A program made the translations under genes and the position numbers. Below, piece by piece: positions 13,863 to 26,610 of a stretch of DNA of 64,000 nt. Numbering within the stretch: the stretch's first letter is position 1; each line of letters begins with the position of its first letter. The notes under the pieces were generated by a model. That model saw only the letters and a list, made by a program, of their open reading frames with translations. It had not been told where the DNA came from and searched no databases. Source of the DNA: Chiloscyllium plagiosum (taxonomy: Eukaryota); contig NC_057718.1 of NCBI RefSeq assembly GCF_004010195.1, positions 81,229,912 to 81,293,911 of the forward strand, read 5' to 3'.

Positions 13863-14334
13863 GTTAAAAATCACACAACACCAGGTTATAGTCCAACAGG
13901 TTTAATTGGAAGCACACTAGCTTTCGGAGCGATGCTCCTTCATCAGGTGATTGTGGAGGGCTCGATCGTAACACAGAATTTATAGCAAAAATTTGCAGTG
14001 TGATGTAACTGAAATTATACATTGAAGAATTGATTGTCTGTTAAGCCTTTCATCTGTTAGAATACAGTGATAGTTTCACTTCTTTCATGTGTACATCACA
14101 AAACCCTTTTTTGAAAGTTGCATTCTCGGGTTAGCTGTTAACAATGGTGATAGCTAGACAATATGTTGAAGGTGTTAGCCCCCTGTGTTCTCTGTCTATG
14201 ACCTGATGTTTAGATTGATTCTAATCTAAAAAGTGAGATAACAGAGTTTTACATAAATTCATGCAGTCTATAGCCTGGTGTTGTGTGATTTTTAACTTTG
14301 TACACCCCAGTCCAACACCAGCATCTCCGAATCA
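13863..14334 (-). mobile_element. Penelope-like family A non-coding insertion: long minus-strand pLTR, short inverted arm and tail
   Basis: Perfect 12-bp TSD TGGATGAACTGT (13851-13862 and 14335-14346). Inverted ends GTTAAAAATCACACAACACCAGG and CCTGGTGTTGTGTGATTTTTAAC. Homologous to the ends of the coding PLE at 42763-47202. Confidence 0.9.
13915..13949 (-). ncRNA. Minimal type-I hammerhead ribozyme (PLE-associated)
   Basis: The minus strand reads CAC-CUGAUGA-A-GGAGC-AUC-GCUCC-GAA-AGCU-A-GUG: stem I CAC/GUG, intact core, 5-bp stem II, palindromic AGCU in place of stem III, CUA triplet. Confidence 0.8.
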
Positions 14335-16862
14335 TGGATGAACTGTATCATACTTCCCTCTGTGTCGTGCTGCAGGGGGACTCTGTAAAATGGAGGCTGG
14401 GACTTTTATGTCATTCCATCATATGCCATGATGCAGTGATGATATCATTTGAATATCCCTTAAAGTTATATTGCATATTTGCTGTGTGACAAAACAACAA
14501 TTACTCAGTAATTCTGAAAACTTTAACAGCTGGTTGAATGATTATGTGACTGAACCAAACAGGCCAGTTCAAGTTGCATGTAACAAAGAAGGGGTAGAAA
14601 TCTATCCTGCTCATGTATGCATCTACATTTTTTTTAAATGAATCAGATAAAAGATAGTTAGTCTCATAGTAAAACAAACTATGTTTTGTATGGTGCAAAG
14701 CTGATGTTAATAGACTTCTATGAGTGTTGTTATAATTACTTATGTATTAAGAAGACTAAATGTATTCCTATAACACAACAAGAAAGGAGAAGAAATTGAT
14801 TTTGTATTTAGCTTTTCATGTTGTGCTCAAAATGGCAGACAAGTGCAGTTAGGTTTTAATAATCTATTTGCCTGAAAACTCTCAGAACAGAATGATTGAT
14901 TTAGCAGCATGTAGCACCTGTTCTGATTATTTGAAAGATGATTCATGCTCTGTCCTGAATCCCAGCTTTTGTCTATAATCCTATAGATTTCTCTAGTCAC
15001 TGTCTGACTGTTATTCACTAGCCTTTTGCTGGAGATAACAACTTTGAATAATTGGTGCAGTAAAAAAAAGTATCTTCAACTTGAAAATCTTTGTTAGGTC
15101 ACTTCTTAAACATATATGCTCAAAAGAAACAGTACTCAACTTTTCTGCATCACAAAATTGAAGACTCTCATATAAGAACTAAAATGCTAGAAAGACTTAG
15201 TCAGGCAGCATCTGGGGGAATAAATAGAGCCAACTTTCAAGTTGATGACCTTTGAAAGTTTTTTCAGAATTTTTCATGTATATTTCAGGTTTCCAGCATA
15301 TTATTGAAGTCACTCATCCTTTGTAACATCTCCCCACTCTTTCTCAGGTCTTCGTTTTTTTTTCTAAAGCATGCTGCCCAGAATTGTTCCCTGTATTGTT
15401 TCTGAAGCCTAATCTATGATGATTACTTTGCTGCTAAATTTTGTATCTAGTCTCCTTCATTTAGCCACCTTGCAAATCAGCACCCAGTCTGAAAATAATC
15501 CATTGGCATCGCTGCATCTTGACACTGAACAAACACACGAATAGCATCAGTTTTCTTTATTTCTGTAAACTTCCATGGAGTCCTGCTTTTTAGAAGAAAT
15601 TACTTGGCCCTTATCTTGTGTTTATGCTTTTCCTTATAACAGTGGTGAAACAATTAGGGCTGTTTAGGTATAACTAAACAAGTGTAGCAGAATTGACACC
15701 TCCACAGTAAAACACAGTTTGAATATTTCTATGTTGCTGAGCAGCTGCATATTAGAGTGTACCCAGTGAGTAGGTAATTGAACAGCCTGCAAGGTTTGTG
15801 ACTTGTTTTTGTTTTGTTTTAATGTGATTTAGCTGCTTGATAACCCTGTGCAGAGGTTGACAAGTAAGTGGCCTGCAAGTGATTGTTAAAGATTACACAA
15901 TTCAAGTAATTATTTTCTTGTCTTTAAGTGGATTTTAGTGAACATAACCCTCGTCACATTGTGAAATACTTGAACAGATTTTTTCCCATATTCAATTTCC
16001 CTTTTTACTTTGTATAGACTGTAATTGTTTCCTTTTAGTGCCTGTTTTCTCATTTCCTCTCCCGACTGCGTCATTGCTCTTGAGACTGCTTCCTTGGAGG
16101 CTGGTGACATTCTTCCCCCTTTTTCTTCACTGCTTTCCTGCCTTTCTAGAATAGATTTACCTGATAGAATTGAAGAAATTATGGTGAATTCTTTGACATT
16201 CTAACATGCTTTCTGCATGATTTGAGAGGAATTCACCAATGTGAAGTAGAATCATATAGACAAGTAAACTTCCAGGCGTAATTGAATCTGAGCAGACAAC
16301 TCATGTAAAATGAGTTCAGTAAACTGCTGAAATAAATGAAGCAATGACAGATGAAATTTAATAAGGGCAAAAGTAAAGTACTGTATGTAAACGATCCAAG
16401 TTGGTGCCGAAGTGTAGTGACATGATACACTTTTCACTGTACCTGAGTATGTGACAATATTAAATAAATCTAAATCCAAACAGAGGTTGGCAGTGTATAT
16501 TTTTGATGAATAATGAAATATCTGCAGATGAAGTTGAGCAAAATCTCTAGGATTCCGTAAACTCAACTTCCAACTGTCAAAGTTTGACTAATGAAACGAG
16601 TAGAAAGCTAGAGCCAAAGCAGATTCCAACCTGTTCCAGAGGTTTGTCATGAACATGTGAGAACAGGTTACTCAAAAGTATCTGTAAATCGAAGAAATAA
16701 TTGGTATAGGAAAGAACGGTTCCATTTCAAAGTGACACTGACACTAGTTCTAGGATAGAGTGGAGCAGTTTTGCTGGAATGGGGTACTGACAAAAGTTGA
16801 GATGAGAATAAGGAGCCAGTTCAAAGAATAAATAGGCTACGGAAAATTATTTCATACAGCCT

Positions 16863-17290
16863 TTCATTTATATACTGATTTAATGCATTTTACAACTTTA
16901 ATCATCTCAAATTGGTTCATGGTAATTATGTATTTTTGAAGTATGGTCACTGTTGTAATGCAGGACAAGTGGTAACAAAAGCTTCCACAAATATTAAAGC
17001 AGTAATGACAAAATAATTTAGTCATTTTTGTTGAGGAATTATATTTAGCTAAGACACCAAGGAGAACTTTGGGAAGAATGTGATCTTTGACATCCATCTG
17101 AGAGGGCAGATGGGGCTTCACTTATGTTATATGTGAAAGATGATACATTTGACGATTTATTTTTCTTTCCTCACTTCCTTTACTGCATTGAAATGCCAGC
17201 TGAGATTTTGTGCTCAAGTCTCTGGAATGGGACCTGTATTCTTAATATTCTGTTTCAAAGACAAGAATGGTACCAAGAGGGTCACTGCTT
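16863..17290 (-). mobile_element. DeuSINE (SacSINE-like), decayed
   Basis: Deu-domain-like ACACCAAGGAGAACT...GATCTTTGACATCCATCTGAGAGGGCAGATGGGGC. A related copy lies at 61290-61960. Confidence 0.6.
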
Positions 17291-17329
17291 TAGATCAAGA
17301 AACTTTACATCAGTAAAATGAGCGAAAGG

Positions 17330-17690
17330 CATGGACAAAATGGGCCACTCAGTGACTAGCACTGTTGCCTCACAGCGCCAGGGACCCGGGTTTGATTTCA
17401 GTGTCAAGTGACCGCCTGTGTGGAGTTTGCATGTTCTTCCCGTGTCTGGGTTTCCTCCAGGTGCTTCGGTGTGCTCTGTTTCCTCCCACAGTCCAAAGCT
17501 GTGCAGGTTAGGTGAATTAGCCAAGCTAAATTGCCCATAATGTTCAGGGATGTGTAGGTTAGGTGCATTAGTCAGGGGAAAAGTAGAATAATAGGATAGG
17601 GGAATGGGTCTGAGTGGAATCTCTTTGGGGAAATTGGTGTGGACCTAATGAGCCAAATGGCCTATTTTCACACTGCAGAGATTCTATGAT
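17330..17690 (+). mobile_element. V-SINE (HE1-like)
   Basis: tRNA-like head (CCTCACAGCGCCAGGGACCCGGG), V-domain and a CR1-like tail. Confidence 0.85.
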
Positions 17691-18655
17691 TTCAAAATCA
17701 GATTCGTCTAAAGATTTAAAAAAGGGATGAGAATGAAATCCAGGTCATCAGTATTTTCAAAAGTAATAATAATTCAACTAATGAAGTGATACAAAATAGG
17801 AGTGTGATAAGTCAAAGTGCATGCTTGAAAAGGTCAGGGCATAAAGACAGGGCAGAATTTATTGCACAATGAAAAGCTCTGAGCACCCATGAACATAGTG
17901 TAAGTCATGAAACAATGAATTAGGAGTGTAAATTCAGATTAAGAGTATATTATAAAGGCCATCATTGAAACATGGCACTGAATGGGCATGACTGGAAGAC
18001 AAGGGTACCATCAAGAATAGGGAAATTGAATAGCAAGATGAATAACAATATCAATACGAGAGACTAATGCAACATTTGGAAGTGGGACTATCAATAGGGT
18101 GAATGGATTTTAGTAGAGTCACCGTGGTGGAACAGAGCAGCAGAAAAGGCTACAGGAGTTGAAATTTTGCTTGTACCTAAACTTATAGATAATGGAGATA
18201 AAGCAGAGAGATACATAAATGCAATGATTAGTATTTAATGAGACCCATGTTTCCAGAGTCCAACTTTATCCCAAACCTGTGCATTAACTGGCCACTCAAC
18301 CTGTCCTAATTTGCAGCCTGTCTCCTACCTCTGGAAATTTGCGAGTAGTTGCGATGCTGTTTTATCATGTAGTCCTACTTCTCGATCCTGGAAAGAACAT
18401 CCTAATCCATAGAATTCCACATTTGATTTGCAAGGGAGGAAGTTGAGTCATAAGCTTAAATTTTAAGCTTAAGTAATGCACATCTGAAAATGATGATGTC
18501 AGAACTAACCACAATAGACTGAGTAGAATTGTAAATTGATACAATGATGGAACAACAGAGGAAGGTGTTCAAATAGATATGTGGCAAAATTAAAATGTAT
18601 ATGCACCTTTTAAAGGGCAAGAACTCTTCCTGTGTAATTAAAAATCCTCAATTAA

Positions 18656-20950
18656 TGAAATAACTGCCCTGTGGTTTTAGCCAGATCTTCGGGCTGAGGG
18701 GCCAGATATGTTTTTCCCCTGCCCTGTTTGCGAGGTAATAACTTTCAGGTGGTCCACGTGTTTTTTCTGGACTGCATCACCTACCTGAATTTTATGAGTC
18801 ACGGGACCTGACCTCGCCTTGTACCCATACAGGGCCATTTCTGTGGGCCATCCTTTTTTAATAGCAGGTGTAAGGGTGCCAAGATGTAAGCCAGGTTACA
18901 TGTGAATTTTTCTTAATTCCCTATCCCAGGGAAAGACCTAAACTCTGGCCCAGACGTGGGAGCCGGGGCTCCTTTGATCACCCTCAGTTTCTCTTCCAAC
19001 TGGTGTAACCCGGTTTTGTCAACTTCATAACCCAAGTAGGTCACTTGGGGTGCCTGGAATACACATTTCCAATCTAAGGCGTATGCCTGCCTTGATAGAA
19101 GTGTTTAAGCACTATGTCCAAATGCTCTTTATTGGTCTTCCCTGTTATTAGTACATCAAGATAAATGGCAACCTGGGGTAGCCCTTGTAAAATTTTCTCC
19201 TTGGTCCACTGGCAAACAGTGCAGGCTGATGGTACCCTAAATTGCAGTCTTGCATATTCATATAAACCCTTCTGGGTATTGATTTTAGCCCAGTCACAAT
19301 TGCAGATAGGCGTGGCTCATGTCCAGCTTCATAAAGGACAGCTTCCCCCCACCAATTCTTCATACAAGTCCTCTCTGCGAGGGACTGGGTATTTATTATA
19401 CTACGAGATGTGGTAGTATAATAAATCCTCACAATCGGTACGACTGGTGCTGCCCATTCTGCAAACTGCACTGGTTTGGTGATTTCTTCGCTCTCCAGCC
19501 TCCTGATTTCCACCTCTAGTTTTCCTCTCAAGGTAAATGGCACCAGGCAGACCTTGCAAACATCTTGGAATCTCCTGGTCAACATATAAAGTGGCTTTGG
19601 CTCCTTTGATAGTTTCAATCCCTTCTTGAAAAACTCATGGGTATTTCACTAGGACTTCACTGAAGCAGCTATTTTCCAATCAAAAGATATTGAGCCAATC
19701 TGGATGAATCTTTCTCAATTAATTCCACCCCAATAGACTTGGGCCCAAGCCTTTACTGCCATTAGTGGTAACTGCACCATCTGTTTCTCATAGGAGTCTG
19801 AAACTGAAATCGTACCCTTAATTTGCAATGATTCCTCAGTCCAAGACCTCAGCCAGACTGAGGACATGCGCAAGTTCACAGGCTGGAGTAATAAGTGAAT
19901 CGTGTGAAAAGCAGATTCTTTGACTACAGATACAGCTGCGCCAGTATTAACTTTCATGGCAACTGGGTGACTATTTAACTAAACATTAATTTAATTAACT
20001 CTGATTTAGGTGTCACTAAGCAATTTAATTGTTCCAACCGACACGTAGGCGGACTTTCCATGGTGTGCGCACTCCTGGGTACTGGCCTCAGAGTTTTCCT
20101 ACTCGAGGTAGGCCTTGTAGGACTTGTTTGCTGTCTTGAGTCTGCAAACCAGCAGTACCCACAACGGCTTTCCAGTCCAGATCCTGAAGAACTGATGAGC
20201 CATTTGGCCAAGGCTTGGCTTTGTTGTGGGTTGGCCTAGGGTCCCTCTGCTCAGAACATGCCCTGCATGAGGCTCTGTGATTTTCTACACTCAAGTGGTG
20301 TTGCCCAAGCTCAGTTGGACAGGTGAGGGTATCCATTTCCATTGGGATGCCTGTAGATCCCATGCTCCACTTGCTGCATTTTCTAATGACAAGGCCAGTT
20401 GCAGTGAAGTCCAGTTGGGCTTCAGCTAGTCAGTGCTTCTGAATGGTTACATCATTAATCGCACATATGAAAGGGTCTATCAGCATTTCAATCAGAGTTA
20501 ATCCAAAATTATATGCCTCTGTCAGTAGTCATAACGTTGTTTTAAAAAAAAAAAAATCCCTTTATGGATTCCCCCAGTTTTCTTGCAGCTGAATAAAACC
20601 GATAGCACCTCAGAACTAGAGGAGATTTTGGATCGTAACATTCCTTAACCAACTCTACCAATTATTGGAAGATTTTCGTGTCTGGTACCTCTGGGAATAT
20701 TAAGTCCCTTACAACCAAAAATGCTATGGGTCCCCACAGAAGGATTACTCATTGCTTTTCATCTGCCCCAGTGTCACTTGCCTGGAAAAAGTATCCCACT
20801 CTCGTCGCCACCGAAATAACTGCACAGAGGCCAGCTCTCATCGCCAAGCCACCCTTTATTTACTACTGCACTGTATACTGGCTGTGGCCAGCCAGCTTGG
20901 AGTCAATCCTTAACTGAGGAGATTCTAATCTTCTGGTGTTTTTTTCCTCA
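18656..20950 (-). mobile_element. Ty3/Gypsy LTR retrotransposon, internally deleted and frameshifted
   Basis: PBS TGGCGACGAG (minus, 20801-20810). Gag remnants, protease VNTGAAVSV, RT VPFTLRGKLEVEIRRLE...WAAPVVPIV and VAIYLD, integrase C-terminus GPVTHKIQVG..HVDHLK. LTR-end motif (T/C)GAAATAACTGC at 18656 and 20812. Confidence 0.9.
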
Positions 20951-21369
20951 TCACCAAGTCACCCTTCGATATACCATAGCAGAGTACACTGGCGATGTCC
21001 AGCCAGCACAGAATCCATCCGTCAAATTAAGGAGATTCCACTCTCCTGTCATATGCTTCTTTTACCCTTGCAAAATCATAATTCTGTTCACAAAATACAA
21101 GGAAATACAACACTACTGAAAATTGCATCACTAATTGAATGAAGCTTGTTTGCACTTGCTGCAGAGGAACTTCAGTCCGGAGCCTACACACGGCCCTTTT
21201 GCTCTACACATAGAACTTGCACACAAAGGTGCATTTTTAGGCCTAAACGCTGAAACAATGGCACAGTGGTCATGTGCTGTCACCAAGCCACCCTTTATTC
21301 ACTAGTGCGCATTACCCTGGCTGTGCCTAACCAGCTCTGAGTCAGTCCTGAACTGAGGAGATTCTAATC

Positions 21370-22310
21370 TTTTTTATTAAACTGTACAAAAATACAAATA
21401 GTCACCAATGAACAATTCACAGCAATTTACAGGGGAATGTGGCAGCAAAGCCAAGCCCCACTGTACAACCAATTCATGGGGAAATGCGGTCAAATCCCAC
21501 TGTAACTTCCAAAGAGCAAACAGTAGACACAAACACATACAACACAGTCCTGACCAACTGAATAATAAAACAGTGCATATCATACAGATACCCCTGGTAA
21601 ACAAGCAAACAACCCGCCCCTCCCACCTTTCGGCCACTCAAATGCAGCCTGCCCCTTTGCACCTTCTGGCTCTCGGTCTGCCCCTAGGTCCACCCTGATG
21701 CACCTTCTGGCCACCTGTAAGACAGCCTGACCCATTACTACCCCGGGTTGACAATGATCAGGACGGCCTAACCACCTCTGGCTCTCGGGACAGCCTACTC
21801 TCTCGCCAGCTCTCGAGGTGACAGCTTTCGGGATGACCTACAAACCTTCTGGCTTTCGGAACAACCTACTAAACATCTGGCTCACAGTAAAGCCTGCCAG
21901 ACCCAGGGACACACAAGAAATAGTGCAGGTAATTAAACCGACTATCAAAAATGCTGAGTCCATTACAAAAACAAAGTCCACACCAACAGGTAGCATCCAC
22001 ACCAGAATGCAACGAATGCACGCCTCATAGTACACACACAGGTTTTTAGCCTCTACAGAGGCCCAGGCCCACTCTCAGAGATATAGTTCATTTGTAAAGG
22101 AATAGTTGACTCACAGGGGCTCAGTCCAATCACGAAAAGGTGAAAACACTTGCAAAAAGAAAGTGCAGACACTAAAAACCACAGTGCAAGGGCCAAGCCC
22201 TGCCACAAGATTACCATTGTCCTTGCTCAAAAAACAAAAAGAGTAACACACAGGCTGCATTCAGCCAGTGAAGTTAAAAAGAAGTTTCCTCCTGAGAAAT
22301 AAAACAGAAC
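21370..22310 (-). other. Unclassified ~940-bp polyadenylated insert (LINE 3' UTR or retrocopy)
   Basis: The minus strand ends ...GTACAGTTTAATAAAAAA. It retains CpGs and interrupts the LTR subrepeats. Confidence 0.45.
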
Positions 22311-22427
22311 ATTTGGAGGTGCTAGTGTTGGACTGGCATGGACAAAGTTAAAAATCACACAACACCAGCTATTGCTTCCAAATAAACCTGTTGGACTATA
22401 AGCTGGTGTTGTGTGATTTTTAACTTT
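22311..22427 (-). mobile_element. PLE family A mini fold-back element
   Basis: Inverted arms AAAGTTAAAAATCACACAACACCAGCT and AGCTGGTGTTGTGTGATTTTTAACTTT, with the tail on the left. Confidence 0.85.
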
Positions 22428-23479
22428 CAAATGGAACAGTATACACTGGCCTTGTCGTCAGCCAGCTCAGAAATCAGTTCTCAAAACGAACAACAGTAAC
22501 AAACTGACCGTGTCACCAGTAAGTTCAGAGTCCATCCCGAACTGAGAAGCCTCTATTCTCCTGGAATTTTAAAATTATTCTTAGTTTTTTGTTTTTTTTA
22601 GCTCGGAGTTAGTCCTCAACTGAAGAAATTCCAATCTGAATTTTTTTTAGTGGCCCTCTGCCATTCAGCAGTAATGCTCATATTTCTCCTGGTTGGATTG
22701 GTCAGCCAAGGCTTTCCTGTTTGGCCCAGGTTAATAACCCCAATCAAGAGCCTCTTAGTTAACAAAGTCAGTCTGATCTCAATCACTACAGTTACCAAGA
22801 GAGGTGAGACAGAGAATAAAAAGGACTTGTGAACAATGGATCTCTACTGATCTTTGATTGCTGTAAAACCTGTAACAGAACAGAGTGCAACTACATTGTT
22901 AGCAAACATAAAAGGAAATAAGATAAAATATTTATGAAAAATAGCAAGGAGCACACTAAAGTTACTTTAGAAATATTTTAAGTAATGTGGGTAAGCGTAT
23001 GGATGAGAAGCATATTAGTGATTACACTGTGTTGGGTTACACAGCAAACCATTTAGATTTGGAAAGAAAATTATGAAAGGACATTGAGAAATTTAGTGAA
23101 CAAACAGAATTTAACAAATGGAGTGCAATGTAAGGAATCTTGAATTTGTTCAGTGAGGATGCAATAAAGTTAGAGCAGTGCATTTTCCAAATATCAAAAG
23201 CCCAGGCTGATCTCTAATGTCTCAACAATTCAGTTACAATGAAACACTGAAAAAATCTTAATTTTTTTTAACTTGGAAGAAGCAGCTGCAAAGTGACCTT
23301 AAGATGTGTAAAGATGGGAAAAAGATCCATTTCCTATAGAAATGTTATAAAGATGTGGAAAATGAATTTAATCTAAAATGCAAACCTGTTTATACGCTAT
23401 GTAGTAAAAATCAATTTAGTATTGATATCCAAAGATTATTTCTGTTTAACATACAGCTTTAATAATTTTTAAAACTAAT

Positions 23480-24420
23480 TAATGGGATGACCATTGTTAT
23501 AAAGTCCAGCACTTACTACCTATCCCTAGTTGACCTTGGGAACATAATGGTGAGCTATTTTTGTGAACTTCTTTCGTCTGCTTTTAGGAAGGGAGTTCAA
23601 GATTTTTTGACTTACTAACAGTGAATGAATTGTTGTATAATTCCAAGTCAAAATGATTAGTGACTTAAAGGGAAACTTGCAGGTGAGAGTGTTACATGTA
23701 TCTGCTGCCCTTGTCTGACTCGATGGTAGAGGTCACATGTTTAGAAGGGGTTGTTGAAAAGATTTGACAAGTCACCTTGGTGAATCATGTAGATGGTATA
23801 TGCTTTCTACTGTGCATCGGAAGTGAATGGTATGCTCATCAAGTAAACAACTTTCTGATGGATAATGACAAGCTTCTTGAGTACTGTTGGAGCTAGACTT
23901 ACCTAGGCAACAGGAAAATATTCCATCACTGTCCTGGCTTGTGCTTTGTAGATGGTGGGGGGGAAAGTCAAGAGCTGAGCTATCAGCTGCTGAATTTCCA
24001 GCTTCTGACCTGCTGTTTTCTTTGTCCAGTTAAATTTCTGGAAAATGGCAACCTTCCAGGATGTTAATGGCATTGAATATCAAGTAGAGATGACTTGATT
24101 GTCCCTTGTTGGAGGTGGTAGTTGGCCAGAGTTTGTGTAGTACTCTACTTGTACACTACTTACCTTTTTTCAGCCCAAGCCTGCATGATGTCCAGGTTTA
24201 CTGCACATGGTCACAACTGTGTCGGTATCTGAGAAGGCACACATGGCACATAACATTGTGTAATTGTTAGCACAGATCCCAATTTCTGATGAAGGAAAAG
24301 TCATCAGTGGAGGGTCTGGAGATGGGGACTAGGTTACTATTCTGGGGTACTTGTGCAATAATGCAGTGGAGTTGAGATGGTTTACCGCCAATAACTGCAA
24401 CTATTTTTCTTCATGCAAGT
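23480..24420 (-). mobile_element. RTE-X-like LINE 3' part
   Basis: Minus strand TIYKAQARTVMEYFP at ~23915-23960. Related copies at ~41780-42270 and ~51555-51705. Confidence 0.65.
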
Positions 24421-25329
24421 AGTCAAGTGGCATGCAAGTAGTCCTGTGAAGGTAAACTTTCATGAATTTGGCAGTAGGGTTGATTTCCTTAATTTTTTTT
24501 CTATTTTCTACAATAAAGGTACAAAAAAACTGCAGGATAAATTTAGGTATTTGTACAAAGGTGCGTTTCAGCAGGATTTGAAAATGGAGTGTTACTTCCG
24601 TATGATTTTATGCAGACACTTAAGGGGAAGATATAATGGTAAGAATCTTCCAGAATCTGGACCATGTCGGCTTTGATAGGAAATTTGGGAAATTAGGTGA
24701 GATTAGCATTAATGAGTTTCTCAGTGTCAAGAGCAGTAGATCCTATGTGCCAGCTAAGTGGTGAACAGCAAGATGGAAATCTCATTGGTGAGCATTGAGC
24801 TTATTTCCAACCTTTCCATGCACTAACATACCATTATTAGTTAACTGCACCATATATATCAGCTTCCTAATGACCCACACCATCAAATAGAAACTAGACA
24901 ACAACAATTCCTGATATGAAAGTTAGTGGTTACCTGACAATTCCTGCTTGCCGCTTGTGATGAACAACTTACAGTGCAATGTCTTTGACACATGTTTACA
25001 ATATTATGTTCTTGTAGTGAGTAATTATACACTGTCTGAAACAGGATAGCTTTATTTCATGTTTTGTTATTTTAAAGTCTCCAACCTTTTAAGCGTAAGA
25101 TGACTTTTTAAATTTAAGCACAGCCCAAGATCTGCCTTGAAGAAAATATGGAATAAATGATTTATTTTTAGTGCAAAATAAATATGAAACCAAATATATA
25201 TAATTATTAATTTTGCTCTCCACTCATCAAGTTTTTATGATACCTGTGACTATACATTATCTGCCAGTGCCTTGAAATTAGGATTATAGTTTGAGAACTT
25301 AAAAAAAAAGAAAGACAATCAAAATCAAT

Positions 25330-25620
25330 CAAAAACAAAAACAGAAGTTGCTGGAAAAGCTCAGCTGGTCTGGCAGCATCTGTGAAGAGAAATCAAAGTA
25401 TGAGACTGTTAGTCCTGTACTGTTCATCAAACTGTACTGTGTCAGTACTCAATGAATATACTTATGTCCATATCAACTCCACTGCTTTGTAAATCGATCA
25501 TCTGATGAAGACCAATATAGAAATTGCTGGAAAAGCTGCATTCTGATGAAGGGCCACTTGATCTGAAACATAAACTCTGATTTATCCCTACAGATGCAGC
25601 CAGACTTGCTGAGCATCTAA
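25330..25620. mobile_element. Two PLE family B terminal remnants (25330-25400 and 25515-25620) nested in the hAT element
   Basis: AACAGAAGTTGCTGGAAAAGCTCAGCTGGTCTGGCAGCATCTG and its complement. Decayed CTGATGA-AGGGCC..GATCT-GAAAC core at 25543-25569. Another copy lies at 27205-27335. Confidence 0.65.
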
Positions 25621-26452
25621 TGGAATTTGGTTACCAATCCATCAATGTCTGCTTAAAGAAATGGAATTGAGACAAACATGACAATTTGTTCTATCACATC
25701 TCACTCTTCAGAGCACCTGTTGAACTCCTCTGCTGACATCCTCAAGTGTGTACAGAGGTTTTCTAGATGGAACCATATTTCCTTGCATTTGACAATTTAA
25801 AACATTTTTTTCAGACTCTGGAGTGTTGCAGCATTGCATTTTTTAATTGGGATTACAACATATTCAGTTTCAGATTTAATGCCTTTACAGCACTGATCAT
25901 ATCTATCCTTTACTGCAGTTCACAGTTAATCATATTCAGCTCTGACCATTATCTGACAGCTCACTACACACTTCATTCCTTCAGCTAAGAAAGGTGATTA
26001 CAAACATCTGATCTAAAAATCTTTGCTGAGTCTTCTGTTGACTTAACACCTCACATCAGCATGGAAGATTAGCTCACCCACAGACAGCATCGTGTTTGCT
26101 GAGTAAAGATTTAAATAATTGGTTCTGAAGGGCTTTTGCTCAAATCAAGTTTACAGTCTTAACTTTGATTCAACAAGAAATGACCATAACTTTGATAAAT
26201 AATGCTTGTTGGGGGTTTACACAGTGGTAATTGACAAAAGAGGGGAAACCAGGATCATTTCTCCAAAATAAATTAAAACCCACATTTCTACCAGGCATGG
26301 TTGGTGCACCATCAGTTGTGATAGAAACCAGTTTCTTGATTGGAACTTTTTACTCAAACATGTGTCTTTAGGCTTTGTTGTAGATATCCTCACTCCTTGT
26401 TCCCTTTTTAAAGATGTGAAAATCCTATTTTGTTGCTATGTCCTTAAAAATA

Positions 26453-26610
26453 ATGATGTAGAGGTGCCAGTGTTGGACTGGGTGGACAAAGTTAAAAAAT
26501 AACAACACCAGGTTATAGTCCAACACATTTATGATGAAGGAGCAACACTCTGAAAGCTCGTACTTCCAAATAAACCTGTTGGACTATAACCTGGTGTGTG
26601 ATTTTTAACT
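26453..26610 (-). mobile_element. PLE family A mini fold-back element nested in the hAT transposase
   Basis: Tail plus inverted arms, with TGATGAAGGAGCAACACTCTGAAAGCT hammerhead remnant at 26532-26558. Confidence 0.85.

Larger units (their letters stand above)
20812..22790 (-). repeat. Gypsy LTR remnants with internal tandem subrepeats, interrupted by later insertions
   Basis: A unit like CTGGCTGTGGCCAGCCAGCTC.GAGTCAGTCC..AACTGAGGAGATTC recurs, complete or partial, near 20878, 20988, 21317, 22446, 22520 and 22600. Probable LTR start TGTAGTGATTGAG (minus) at 22790. Confidence 0.6.

Noticed and set aside
20878..22640. CRISPR-like repeat/spacer pattern
   Set aside because: The units are degenerate, irregularly spaced LTR subrepeats in vertebrate DNA, and there are no cas genes.
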